Of a stretch of 64,000 nt of DNA, positions 29,801 to 41,500 are shown in pieces. The position numbers and the translations under genes are program-made. Location of the stretch: positions 1-64,000 of the IMG/VR virus record IMGVR_UViG_3300044629_000431. One strand, written 5' to 3'. Origin of the DNA: a virus. The notes under the pieces are model-generated. The model was not told the origin of the DNA and did not search any database. It saw only the letters and a program-made list of their open reading frames with translations. Every line of letters starts with the position of its first letter. Within the stretch, counting starts at the first letter, position 1.

Positions 29801-32800
29801 GCAGTTCTGAAAGAGATAATTCTTTGAGAACCAACATATGCCTCAACAGTTTCACCGATGCTAAAGGAACCAGAAACCATTGAAATTTCCAGTAACTTTG
29901 GTATAATATCAACAGAACTTATATCATCAATAAAACTATAGTGAGTAGTTAAAGGACGTAATGCTAAAGCTCTAAACTCAACGTTCCTAGATCTCATAAA
30001 TGGATCTGGTTCGCTACTAATTCTTACACTTTCAACATAATCATAACTTCTACCATCTTGTTGACCATCACTTATTGTTCTTCTGTTTTCAATATAAATG
30101 TTTCTTACCCAGTTGTCTGCAGAAGGATTGAGTGTTACGCCACCAACATATTCGACAATATTGAAGGGGTTTACATTTTCAACTTGTGAAGCAAATGGTT
30201 GCTCTAACCATCCAGTTTCTTCATAGTTAAGAGTAATTAAGTCTCCAGTTTTTCTTACGTTACTATCTAAAAGTTGAACGTTTGTGGAAAAATCAACCGT
30301 GGTTGTATCAATGCTTTCTGCAAGAGCTGGTTCAAGTTTTAGTGACCAGAAATCTACAGATGGAATTAGTTTTTTCTCATCTACGTTAACATCACACTTA
30401 ACATCTGGATTTTGCTTTTCGATAAAATCATTATTTTTAAAATCGTCAACAAAGAAACCAGATTTAAATCTTGATAAACCATCTGCATCTTGAATTTGTA
30501 AAGTTTTTGTATTGACTTCAAGAAGAGATAATGATGTTGTAAGTTCAAGATTTTCAATTCTATCTTCAAGAGATCCAATATCTCTCATCGTATATCTTCT
30601 ATTATCTACTAGAGTGATAACAGCATCATCTGGGTTGTATAAGTAAGCTGGTAGGCTTATTGTTGCAATATCCATTGCCTCTTCAACATTGAGAGAGGGT
30701 TTTGGTGATAATGCAGAAATACCTTTAATAACTGAAAACTGTCCCAACTTATCTAATACAATTCTATCAATTCTTGGGAGATAGAATGAATAACCAAGTA
30801 GAGAACTTTCATTTGGTGTAACAGCAGAAAACGCTGTTAGTGTTGTAAATGAACGAGTAGAATAGTCAAAAGGTGATGCCGAAACCGAAGTAAACTCTGA
30901 TACTCTTGGTCTGAAATCAAGAATATTAGATGCTCTTGTTCCACTCGAAAGTGTTGGAATATCATTTAAATATCTTTCTTCATCATAAGAATTGACTGTA
31001 AACAAGTCACCATTATCGTTAGTTGAAACTGTATAATAGTTAAAAATAACTAAAAGTTGTCTTGAAGGTGCAGAAGTATTTTCTATTCTTACGAGTTTTG
31101 AATAGTCGTAGAACTGTTCTTTTTGACCTTTATCTAAGGTGAACTGACTTGTTATATCTAAGTAACTTCCAAGAGTAATTGACTGAATAGATGTTGTAAT
31201 ATTTGATTCTTCAAATGTTACAGATTCTCCTGCTGCAAATTTAGCACTATTTAAATATACAAATTCTGCAACATTTCCTGCTCCAGGTAAAGTTATAACC
31301 TGAGCAACTGCTCCACTTGTATTTCCAATAATTCTCTCACCAACAATAGCGTCTGTATTAAGCGAAAGACCAGATATAAACGTTAGTTTATCTAAAATTG
31401 GTGTTGCCGTGTCTAAAGACTCATAGACACATACAACATTAACTACATCAGGAACATTTAATGAAATTTCAGTATCTTCAATTCTTGTTCCATAAAATTG
31501 ACTGGTTGTTAAACCACTAATTGCTGCAGTTGAAGCACTGTTTGTTTTAGTAATGCTTAACTGTCTACTTCTTGTGAATATTTTATTTTTATTTTGTAGT
31601 ATCTGTTTTCTCAGCGTTGTATTTACAGTTACGTTTGAACTTTGACTTGCTTTCAAACCACTTAAAGTAATTTGAGTTCCATCATTATTCAATGCAAACT
31701 GGTCAGATGATAATTGCTCAACTTCGCCATTGGAATAAAATACCGAGTATCTTTCTACATCAAATGCTTCAAAATATGCACTGGAAATACCGGTGTTTGC
31801 AACGGTAACTACTGCAACACCGCTAGAGTTAGTTGAAACTTCTCTTACTTGAGAAGTAACAACAAGATTAGAACCAGAAAGATTTACTGATGATACGTTA
31901 TCTGAGTTTAATTTTGAATATAGACCAGATTTTTCTGTATTTTTAAAATCTGGAATACCTAACGTAAATGTTGTAGTCTCTGATGTGGATGGAAGAGTTC
32001 CATCGCAAACTCCACTTACAGATGGAACACTTGTAAGTGTCATTGAGAAACCATCTGCAGAAACAGAAACAACTTTGTTGAACGTTGCAACGTTTGTAGA
32101 AACACCTGCTTTTTGATATCTGATGATGGAATCAGATCTAATTCCTAAGAAAGACTTTCCAGGGCAAGTTACAATACCTGCTGAAGTAATTGTAATTCTA
32201 TCGGTAGCATTAAACCCTGCAGGAATTTTCCTAAACAGAGAAGCATCAGCAGAAAATGCTGTTTTAAGTGCTGGAGTAATGCCTACGGCATTTTGATAAA
32301 TTGATTTGATATCATCAGTTGAATAAGATCTTAATGATTTTACTGAACGAGCATTCAAGAGTGAATCATTAATTTTGAGTTGTTCGCCAACAATAAATGC
32401 ACCAGAAGTCTGTGTTAAAGTAAGACTAGTGCCTGTAGGTGCGGTTGAAACGTATCCAGAGGCACCACTGCTTATACCCTTAACAAAAGAACCTGCAGGG
32501 CATTGTGATGAGTTAAGAGACTCATTTAAAACCAATTCGGTATAAGTTTGAATATCATACAGATATAAGTCCCACTCTGTCGAAGAACCTGTATATGGCG
32601 CATCACTTACATTGAGTGTATAAACTCTAGCATCTCCAATGTAGGTAGTTCCTGAACCAGTTGCACCCTTTCTCTGGTTAAAGAGTTTTACAGTATTTCC
32701 ACTTGTATGTACACCTACAAATGGAGTTCCTACAACGTTATTAACTCTAAGAAGATTCCCCATTTCAAAGGGAACAAGTGCGCTATCGATTGTTTGTGTA

Positions 32801-33939
32801 TCTCTTGGTTTATCTACATCTAAAATGGTTGATGATGGGATATCAATATCATATCCACGAACATAGGCGGTTCCTGGAGATACCTTATAGCATAAGAGAT
32901 CATCTGATGGTTGATTTCCTTGCTCAGTCTTTTGAGTTGATAGGTAAATACCATCATTACCAACTCTATTGTTTAATGAGTTTAATGCGTCTACTGTAAA
33001 GTTTTTAAGAGCATAATTTCCAGACTCATCAAAAGTTCTCTTCGCAAAATAATCCTTTATAATAGAATATACTGATTTGTCTTGAAGTTTTTTAATCTGA
33101 CCATTATCAATTCTTATCAGTTCAACGAAATTTTTATCATCAAAGTCATCAATATCTTTTTTAGATAATACTGTACTTATTTTAAATCTATCGGCACCAG
33201 GTGCTGCATAATTTGAAAACCCTCTTGCATTATCATTTAACGATTCATCATCACTTGAGGTTATAATTTCTTCTAGAATGTTTAAACCAACTCTATATGT
33301 TGGAGTATTTGAATATGGTTCCAGAATAACTAACGAGTTCTGAACATTTACAAACGTTCCACGTATGAAGTAAACACCTGCACTAAGACCAACTGCAGAA
33401 CCAGTCGCGGTAGCAGCAAAATCTACCAGAGTAGCAACTGTATCTCCAGAATTGATGGATGTATTTCCATAGGTCAAACTATCTAAAAGGATTAATAACT
33501 CACCATCTTCAAATACGTTTGTCTCAAAATCAGATCCACTTCTTACATACTTAACATATAAAGTTACATCTTCTACATTTTCACTTGGTGGTAAACTATA
33601 GTTTTTAACTACAGCAGTTACTCCCGAATTTTGACCTTCTACTCTCTTACCAATAAGTTGATTTAGATATAAAGAAACATCAATACCTAAGTGCTCGGCA
33701 TTAATTTTTACTGAGTAATACTTATCATCAAATGTAATGGATCCAGGAATAACCATAGATCCTTCTTTGAAAATATGACTACCAAACGACTCAATTTGAT
33801 TTTGTAGTATTGACTGTAGAGTCGTTAATTCTCTTGCCTGTATTGGATATCCTGGTTTAAACAAAACCCGATAAAAATTATTATCGACATCAAAATCGTC
33901 GAAATATGGGTTAATGTTGAGATTAGTTTTCTGTGGCAT
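26827..33939 (-). CDS. Large virion structural protein (VrlC/DUF4815-like), 2370 aa
   Basis: PYFDDFD, QARELTTLQSILQNQIE, APGADR, RFKSGFFVDDF and DPLAQSF motifs; contains a poly-Pro linker. Confidence 0.85.
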   Translation of the reverse strand: MPQKTNLNINPYFDDFDVDNNFYRVLFKPGYPIQARELTTLQSILQNQIESFGSHIFKEGSMVIPGSITFDDKYYSVKINAEHLGIDVSLYLNQLIGKRVEGQNSGVTAVVKNYSLPPSENVEDVTLYVKYVRSGSDFETNVFEDGELLILLDSLTYGNTSINSGDTVATLVDFAATATGSAVGLSAGVYFIRGTFVNVQNSLVILEPYSNTPTYRVGLNILEEIITSSDDESLNDNARGFSNYAAPGADRFKISTVLSKKDIDDFDDKNFVELIRIDNGQIKKLQDKSVYSIIKDYFAKRTFDESGNYALKNFTVDALNSLNNRVGNDGIYLSTQKTEQGNQPSDDLLCYKVSPGTAYVRGYDIDIPSSTILDVDKPRDTQTIDSALVPFEMGNLLRVNNVVGTPFVGVHTSGNTVKLFNQRKGATGSGTTYIGDARVYTLNVSDAPYTGSSTEWDLYLYDIQTYTELVLNESLNSSQCPAGSFVKGISSGASGYVSTAPTGTSLTLTQTSGAFIVGEQLKINDSLLNARSVKSLRSYSTDDIKSIYQNAVGITPALKTAFSADASLFRKIPAGFNATDRITITSAGIVTCPGKSFLGIRSDSIIRYQKAGVSTNVATFNKVVSVSADGFSMTLTSVPSVSGVCDGTLPSTSETTTFTLGIPDFKNTEKSGLYSKLNSDNVSSVNLSGSNLVVTSQVREVSTNSSGVAVVTVANTGISSAYFEAFDVERYSVFYSNGEVEQLSSDQFALNNDGTQITLSGLKASQSSNVTVNTTLRKQILQNKNKIFTRSRQLSITKTNSASTAAISGLTTSQFYGTRIEDTEISLNVPDVVNVVCVYESLDTATPILDKLTFISGLSLNTDAIVGERIIGNTSGAVAQVITLPGAGNVAEFVYLNSAKFAAGESVTFEESNITTSIQSITLGSYLDITSQFTLDKGQKEQFYDYSKLVRIENTSAPSRQLLVIFNYYTVSTNDNGDLFTVNSYDEERYLNDIPTLSSGTRASNILDFRPRVSEFTSVSASPFDYSTRSFTTLTAFSAVTPNESSLLGYSFYLPRIDRIVLDKLGQFSVIKGISALSPKPSLNVEEAMDIATISLPAYLYNPDDAVITLVDNRRYTMRDIGSLEDRIENLELTTSLSLLEVNTKTLQIQDADGLSRFKSGFFVDDFKNNDFIEKQNPDVKCDVNVDEKKLIPSVDFWSLKLEPALAESIDTTTVDFSTNVQLLDSNVRKTGDLITLNYEETGWLEQPFASQVENVNPFNIVEYVGGVTLNPSADNWVRNIYIENRRTISDGQQDGRSYDYVESVRISSEPDPFMRSRNVEFRALALRPLTTHYSFIDDISSVDIIPKLLEISMVSGSFSIGETVEAYVGSQRIISFRTAKPTHKAGPYNNPTNEYNANPYNRDQSLPAAYSASSTVLNIDTFSLADESITRFGGYVQVGARLVGTSSGAVATISNIRLVTDTFGDLIGCFFIRDPNASPVPLVRIKTGDRLFKLNQNAENVRPLPGDSASISSAQTTYSGTGIIQTQITNIIQVRNPPPPPPPPPARGGGKDPLAQSFTVDETGAFLTSVDVYFAEKDPNERLFVELRTVELGTPTSQIVADYARVALEPSQINVSSDASVKTNITFPSPVYLQPNTEYALVFLAPTTDKYKMWIAQMGQKTVGTATLPSAESVVVTKQYGGGSLFKSQNGTIWTASQFEDLKFKLYKAKFTSNQGTAVFYNPPLVPESSAIPYLGDNSIVTYPRKLKVGIVTTTTMNSILTSGKKVSNGSVSSPGSYGYVESTGGSIVSVSVANTGIGYSGGSSGGTYSNVPFYNITGSGSGATGTVNITSSGSVSSVSITNIGNGYAVGDVLGITTSSVVKGTGARISVSSINGIDTLYLTNVQGESFTNGQPLIYYDGTTAVATASTTIRGSSSEISPLYSGNILQVKQFNHGMHSDNNVVQIKNVAPDTIPVQLTANVDINSTSISIANTSVFAQFEGISTSRGYLKVNNEIMYYTSITAGSGGAGSLGISTRGVDGTSITNHVSGDVVYKYELNGISLTNINTTHTLPSNSTLKSLRGLDTYHLQIGRGQRETGNSQVSFTDEKVVGGKVVSASQNYQFNTVEPYINAITPGKNTTVNAQIRTVTGTSSGGTEVSFADKGYESVQLNKMNFLSDPRLVCSQQNETTRLTSLPKNKSFTLRVNMSTEDQNLSPVLDIQNAYMILGRNRVNNPVSDYALDGRSNNITGDPHSSVYISNRVDLQQAASSLKVLVGAYRPSGSDFRVLYQLFRPDSSGIEQSFVLFPGYDNLRDTDGDGFGDVIIDPSRNSGRPDAFVRASNAGEFLEYQFSVDNLDPFTGFAIKIVMSSTNESNAPEFKDLRVIALA

Positions 33940-33942
33940 TTT

Positions 33943-35493
33943 TTAAAATTCCAGGATAATTTTAATATCTTCTTTTTGGCGAGTATTCCTAGAGATCAGA
34001 GGTCTGTTATCTAAGTAAATAATTTCCCCTGAGCCTTTATTTATCTCTGGAGAAGCAAGACCATTTGCAAAATTAACTCCTAAGTTAATAACTTTGCTTC
34101 CGGTTGGATTGGTTGAAATTCCTGTAAACGTTTGATCAATTGAACCAGAGAACCCACTAGGGGCAGTTACTGCATTAGAGGAGGACTCGAAAGATAAAAC
34201 TCTAGAACCAGTAGAAACACCGACATAATCGGTTTGATCTAAAGCACTTTGGTTGTAGTATAGTGATCGATCTTGAATATATTTAAGAACTTTTGTCTCA
34301 GTATCATATGATGCAACATACCCAACTGCCTTTCCATTAGTTACAGTTTGAGTTATTTTTTCACCTATAGTTGGAACCCCATTTGCAGAATTAAACTTCA
34401 GTGCATATAATGAAGAAAATTGACTTTGCGTATATGTTGAGGTTGAACCAATAGATGTTGGGTTTTTAACTATACCAACTTGAGCAAATCTAGTATCTAC
34501 TGGAAAATCTTTCGTGGAGTCATCAAATCTTGCATACAATAAAACTTTATCAGTTCCTAACTCTTTATAAAGATTGTATCCATGACCTCTTGATGGTGGA
34601 ATAATTGGAATTAAACGAGCAGGAGAACTAGTCGCATTGCTATTGATAGAACCTAAGTCAACTACACCATAACTATAACCTTTACCACCAGCAGAAACTG
34701 TTGTATTTGTAATTTTTCCACCAACTACATCAACAATAACTTTTGCACCACTACCGTCACCAAGTATATTAAACTCCTGTCCTAATCCATTAGAATAGTT
34801 ACCACCTTGACTGTCTATGTAAACTTTTTTAATTTGGTTATCATTTACAGTTGAATCGCCATTTTCTCTAACTGCTTGTATTTGAGCATCAGTAGAAGAA
34901 CTCCAATCATTTGGAACTGTTATATATTCTGTAGAGTCAAACTTTACAATGTCACTGGGCGATACACTAAAAAGATATTTCCAAATATAACCATCACCAC
35001 TTGACCCAGCTTTAGATGGTTCTAGATCTGTAAATGTTGGTTCATCCTGAGAAGCATTTCCTGTTGTATTGATTCCAGAAGAACCATTATCTATGCAAAT
35101 ATAAACTTTATAATCAGAATTCAATACATAGTAGTTCGCATCATAAAGTCTACTTGCTTGAGTAATCGGAGATGGATTGTTTACACTATAGTCATGACGG
35201 TACATTTCATATTTTGTACCTTTTGTCCAGTCAATTCTTCTGACAATTCTTTTAATATTTGCAGACGTTACCTTTTTACCAAAAAGCATAGTATCATAAG
35301 TATGCGATTGGTAACTAAAATTATCAGTAGGGTTTGGAACATTTGTATTCCAAGTCGTAGATCTACCAAACCCAACCTGAGTCGGATTTGGTAGACTTAG
35401 AAAAATATAATATGAATTGGAATCACTCCCAGCAGAATCAATAAAGTTATCAGTATTTAAAATTCTAAATTGATCTGTTACAATTGCAGACAT
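33943..35493 (-). CDS. g8: Baseplate wedge protein gp8
   Basis: W..GTKYEMY, VYICIDN and DGYIWKYLF motifs, ending EDIKIILEF; TATAAATA at 35512-35519. Confidence 0.9.
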   Translation of the reverse strand: MSAIVTDQFRILNTDNFIDSAGSDSNSYYIFLSLPNPTQVGFGRSTTWNTNVPNPTDNFSYQSHTYDTMLFGKKVTSANIKRIVRRIDWTKGTKYEMYRHDYSVNNPSPITQASRLYDANYYVLNSDYKVYICIDNGSSGINTTGNASQDEPTFTDLEPSKAGSSGDGYIWKYLFSVSPSDIVKFDSTEYITVPNDWSSSTDAQIQAVRENGDSTVNDNQIKKVYIDSQGGNYSNGLGQEFNILGDGSGAKVIVDVVGGKITNTTVSAGGKGYSYGVVDLGSINSNATSSPARLIPIIPPSRGHGYNLYKELGTDKVLLYARFDDSTKDFPVDTRFAQVGIVKNPTSIGSTSTYTQSQFSSLYALKFNSANGVPTIGEKITQTVTNGKAVGYVASYDTETKVLKYIQDRSLYYNQSALDQTDYVGVSTGSRVLSFESSSNAVTAPSGFSGSIDQTFTGISTNPTGSKVINLGVNFANGLASPEINKGSGEIIYLDNRPLISRNTRQKEDIKIILEF

Positions 35494-35519
35494 ATTATTA
35501 GCTTTTTTCTATATTTATA

Positions 35520-38500
35520 CTACACATTAGATTGCTTTCGCAGTGCTCCAGTATCTCTTAAACCAAATCCTCTTCTTTGAATGGTTGGGAATGTACTCAA
35601 ACCAGAATCAACAGTTAGACCAGATACTCCAATTGCAACTGGTGATGAAGCTCTAGACAACCCAGACAGTTTGCCCCAAGAATATTCTCCACAAGTAGAA
35701 ATTCCAGAAGTTTGTATTCCAGTTATATTAGTATCAGACTTAACATTTACAGTAATTACTGCATTTGTCCCAGAAACAACTAGATTTGATACAAAGTAAA
35801 TATTGTCAAGATAAGACGTGCTAATTGCAACTACTGCGCTGTTAGAATCATAAAGTGAAGTTACTCCATTACCAACTAAAGTGTTCTTAATAAGGAGAGG
35901 ATAACCAGTATTCAAACCTGTAAATGCGCTTGGTCCCTGAACAAAGAAGTTAAGTGCCAATGGATTTCCAGAAGTACCAGTGGTAGTACTAATGCCAGTA
36001 ATAATTCCAGAAAAACCTTCAACAGTAGTAATATTAGTAACTTGCTCAACTTGTATATCAGGATAAGAAACAATTACTTGTGGTGGATTTGTGGTTGTAT
36101 ATCCAAAACCAGGACTTGTGATGTTTGTTGAAGATATTGAACCACCAACAATAGAAACTGTAGCAGTTGCAGTCGATCCAACTCCAACTCCTATTGCTTT
36201 TGGAGCTGCTATTTTAACAGTAGCAGTTCCAGTGTATCCACTACCAGCATTAGTGATGGTTAAAGCAGAAATTGTTCCAGCAGCAGATACTGTCGCTGTG
36301 ATAGCGGCAGAAACTGGATCATTTGCTTGAACGATAATACCATCAACATCAGTTATTGTTATTGCATAGTTATTTTCTTCGTAGTTAAAGAACTGAGCAT
36401 TATCAACGAATATTTCAGTATCAGTAGATTTAATATCTTTAATAATTTTTGATGTTGGATAAATTTGAGTTTCTAATGAATCTCTTGACTTGGATACAAC
36501 ATCACCATTTATAACCTTATCTACTTTTTGCTTAATCCAAGTTAGTGGTTTGAAGAATGTTTCATCAATTCCAGCACCCGTATAAATGTTTGTTTCAATC
36601 TTATCAGATCCAACAATATTTGTTATATCTCTAATTTCTTGAGTAACAGTTGATGGATATTCATTATTTCTGAATATTTGAACAGAATCACCTATTTTAA
36701 GAGTTTCGTTGATGTTGACGGTGAACGAATCTGTTCCTCTAGTTCCTCTATAGAAGAATACGGCAACATTATCTTCAGATCTTGGGGGATCTGCGAAGAC
36801 AAAAGATGTTCCACCTTCAAATACATATGAAGTTCCTGGTTCTTGTGCAACACCATTAATGAATATGAGAAGAACAGCGTTCAAATCAATATTAACAGAT
36901 GATGTGTCACTTGGATCAATTTCAAAACTTAGCAACTGACCATTATAGTAAAGTGGGAATCTCTTTCTTACACCATTTTGAAGATTTTTGATAGAATCGA
37001 TATAATCAAGTTCACCAAACTGCCAGAATGAGAATGAATCTGTAAAGACATCTAATACTGTCAATTCAAAATCCTGTAATGGAGCACTTAAACCTCTGGC
37101 AGTTACAAGACCAACAGGTTTAAACTTGTCGCCAATTCTAAATCCATATCCAGGTCTTGCAATTTTGAAAGAAGAAACTTCAAATAATGTTGAACCAATA
37201 CCTGTAGTTGAAATTGCTCCAACATCTAAAGTTAGTAGTAAGTTGGAACCAGTTACTGTAGTTGAACCAATTCCAGCTCTGTATGTACCAACAACTGATA
37301 AGTTTTCATAAGATGGTTGAGGAACATTAATTTTAACCGTAGATGTATTATATCCAGTTCCACCGCTGTTTACCACAAAACTTAGAGTTCCACCAGCACC
37401 AACAACCGCAGTAATGCTTGCTGCGGTTCCTGTGTGACTTGAATCAGTAATTGCGATAGAAACGGGAGATCTATAACCAGAACCAAATACGTCTAAAGTT
37501 CCAAGTCCAACCGAAACAATGCTTCCACCAGCACCAACAACAGCGGTTACTGCTGCACCAACTAAAGGCGCAAACCCAGCGCCAGAAGTTGAACCAAGAG
37601 AAACTATTACGCCACCTCTTGGTAGTTGATTTTGATTAACATCTGACGAAATAACAATTTGTCCATTTGTAGAAGTTATTCCACTAAATGTTACGCTTGA
37701 AATTCCAGTCCCAAATCCACCAAGAGAGAAATTATTTCCAGCATTATTATCTGTAGTTGGAGTTTGGAAGATATCATTCAAGAATAGAACGCCATTTCCA
37801 GTTTCAATACCAGTTGTGTTAATTCCTCTTACAGTTAATGTGTAAGTTTGTCCAATACCAGTGAAACGATCTGAAATGTCATCATATATTGTATTTGTTG
37901 CATAATCATTTCTAAGATATACTCTTCCAGTAAATGTTGTTTTTGGATATAAAATATTTGATCTATCTCTGATCTGTCTTGGATTTCCTTTTGGTGCTTC
38001 GGTAAACCAAATTTTATTTTTGGTAATATTATAAGCACCTCTATAGATTTCAACAGGACTACCATCGTTATGAGTTGTAGCAGAACTACCAACAAATCCA
38101 CGATTAACTTGAACCAGAGGGAATGTACCTAGTCCAGTTATTGGTCCAGAACTTGTAGTTCCAAATCCAACTTCAACAACATTACAATATTCACTGCTGA
38201 TCTTAAGAACATCTTTTGGTTTGATGGAAGAAATTCCAGAAAGTGCAAAATAAGTTGTAGCAGTGCTAACTTGACCAAAGTTATTGGCAACATTATAAGA
38301 AATTGGGACGAAGGATAGTGGTTTTTGTACCACGCCGTTCAATGAAATAAGACTCTTCTCTAATTTCTTAGACATTTCAAGAGTATGAACGTTACCACTA
38401 CCAACTGCTGTCGTAAACGTTACATAAATTCCAGCATTTGCATACTGCTTTTTAGTTGAAAGTCTGAACTGACTATCATTAATTTTTAAAGCATACACAA

Positions 38501-41500
38501 CTGGGGGTAAAATATTTGTAGTAACCCCAAGATAACTTTCAGTTAAACCTATTCCTATTCCTGTGCCTGCAACTCCAACAAATGAAGAACCTGGTTCATA
38601 ATACAATTCTTCTCCAGTGCTGAAGAAATGATTTGGAATGGTAAATATCCCAGTTTCTGGATTTAATATACTTGTTGTAAATGGATTAAATGTTTTGACA
38701 AAAATTGGAGTTCCACTATATCTTACATCAAAATCTAATCTGTTTGCTCTGTTTCCATTGATTGCATCATATGCTGACAACTGAACTAATGAACTTGCAG
38801 TTCCATAATCCAACTGTTCTGGAGTATTGTCATAATCATTTGTATCATAAAGAACTTCACTAAAACTTTGTACCTCAACATTTGCACCGATAGATGCATC
38901 TGGATAAAACTTAAGATATGCTTTTGAGCCTAGTATTTCTCCACCAAATGTTCCAATTCCAGAAGTGCTTCCAATTGATAAGAATGGATATTGGACTGTA
39001 TAAACATTTGTCTCATCTTGAAGCATCAATACTTGATGAACTGCACTGGTGTTTCCGTATGAAACTCTAACTATTGATTTTAGAGCAGAAACATTTTCCG
39101 TTGATACTCCAATTACACTTGTGGAACCAGAAGAAACTGTATAGTTAGACTCATATCTGGCACTACTTTCAGATCCTTCTGGCTGACCATCTGCTAAAAA
39201 TCTGTATGTTCCAACGCCAACTGCAGTTGTACCAAAACCAACAATATTTGATCTAACTAAAATTTGGTTACTTTCGGTATTATAGTATGTTACGGTTAGA
39301 ATACCTGATTGAATAGAGGAATCAAAGACTCCCATGTAATTTGACGAATTTCCTTCTGTACCAGTACTATCAAAGTAAAAATCAGATTGATATGTGTTTG
39401 TTCCGTCGTGATCTAAGAACAACTCAACATAATTCATTTTGTTGGTAACTGTATTTAAAATTTCAATATTTGCATAAAAACTATCAAAGTTATTTGTACG
39501 GTAAGATACTAATTTTACAGTAGTGCCAACTCCAACTACAGTATTGATACCTGTTAGATTTACAAATCCAACACTTTGAGTACCTATTCCATTGACTATA
39601 GAATTAAATTTATTTTTGATAATTTTGATATCATAATCAGTATCATATGGATCTGCTGGAGTAAATCTTAAAGTTTGCGATTCGCTATCACTTTTTCCAC
39701 TTAACGTTCCTAAAGGAATATCAGTGTTTGTTAAAAATGCTTTTTCTAAAACATAAGCATTTGTATCATCTTTTAAAGCAACAATTTCACTAACTTGTCT
39801 TTCCGATGATGCTGGGTCTAAAATTTGAATCAAATACTTAGAGTAAGTATCATCAAAAGTATCAATATCAACAAAAGGTTCTATTCCAGTTTCTTTATTT
39901 GAGAATCTGGAACTAATATTGTCCATTACCAAAACTCTATTGCTAACACACTTAATATAATCTGTTAATTTTTTGTTTTGGAATTTGATAAACTTAGATT
40001 TAGTTTGATTTGTCGAAGTGTCAACATCTACCGTCAAATCTATGTTATTAATAGCATCGACTCTTTTTTCTTCAGTAACATCTAGAACAATAGTATCATT
40101 GGTCGTTGATGCGTATGAGACGACACTATCAGATTCTGAGACAACTTGAGTGTCTGAGAAATTTTTCAATCCAGAAGTATGGAGAAGTCTGTTAACAGGG
40201 TTTACTAAATCTTGATATTGAATTTTGCTTCTTACGGAGTAAGATAAATTCTGATAATAGTCATTATCTGAAGTTACTTGATAAGTTTCGTCAAGTTTTC
40301 CAGTGTCTGTTGTCCACCCATAATCTTGTCTTGATGCATAAGAAACTTCAAAATAACCAGCATTGTTATCCAAACTTTGAACAGTTGCTTTAACACCAGA
40401 ATTTTTTCCTTTTAGTCTCTCTCCGACTTCTAAAATGTACGAACCAGATATTTTAATATAATTTCTTGTGCTATCAGTAACTGATAAATCTCTTTCAATA
40501 TATCCAGTTCCAGTATCAGTCAATAGTTTTTCATTTTTTTCAAACAATGCAAACTCTTGAGTTGTGTCAAATGTTGGATAGTTTCTCTTGGCGATAATAG
40601 TCGCATATCCTTGATTTGTTTTTGCCAAACCTGCATTAGTTGCTATTCCTGCAAGGTTAAACTCAACAACTGCTGGGTTTGTGTTGTAATATGCGCTAAC
40701 TGTAAAGAAGCGATATCCATAATCTGCAGAATTAAATCCTTGACCACTAGGATTGTCTTTTTCAATCCCTTCTACAAAAATTTCTTCTCCAGCAGAGAAC
40801 ACATTAGTGGTAAATCCTAGAATTGGTGTTGAAATAACACAAGTTACAATACCTGCTGGAGATGAAGTGATTGAACTAATAGAAACTCCGTTATCGTTAT
40901 CAACAGCGACAATTCTTTGTTTTGATGAGTTTAATCCATATGGTTGAGAAATGATATTAACAGAACTAATTGCGCTACCAAATAATGAACAAGAAAGAGA
41001 GTTGGAATCGATCAGTGTTCCAGTATCAGGATCAACAATAACTAAGTTTGGTGCAGAAGAGTAATTTTTTCCACCATATAGTACATCAATATCACTAATT
41101 GTGTTTGAATTTTGAATATAAACAATTGGAGATACTGCTGCTTCAGGTTTTAAAGTCTTATCGGATGAGTATTCGAAACCATAATTTAAAATTCTGGTCT
41201 TGTTAATATTTCCTACTTCTGTTGACTTAGCAACAAGGTTAGCGTTTTCACCACTACTGGATGAGAATCCAACAAACTTTGGAAGTTTTTTGTAGTTATA
41301 TCCACCAAAAATAGTTTTTAACTTGCTTACCCCACCAGAAGCAGTTGGTGAAGATGTTGAATATTTTAAAGTATCACATTGAGATTGTGTAAGTGTGTAT
41401 TTTTCTGGAGTTTTTCTTAGCGCAATATTAAATGTTGTGTTTCCTACACCAGTTACAACATAATTTCCATTGTAAGCACTATCAACAAAAGAGATTTCCG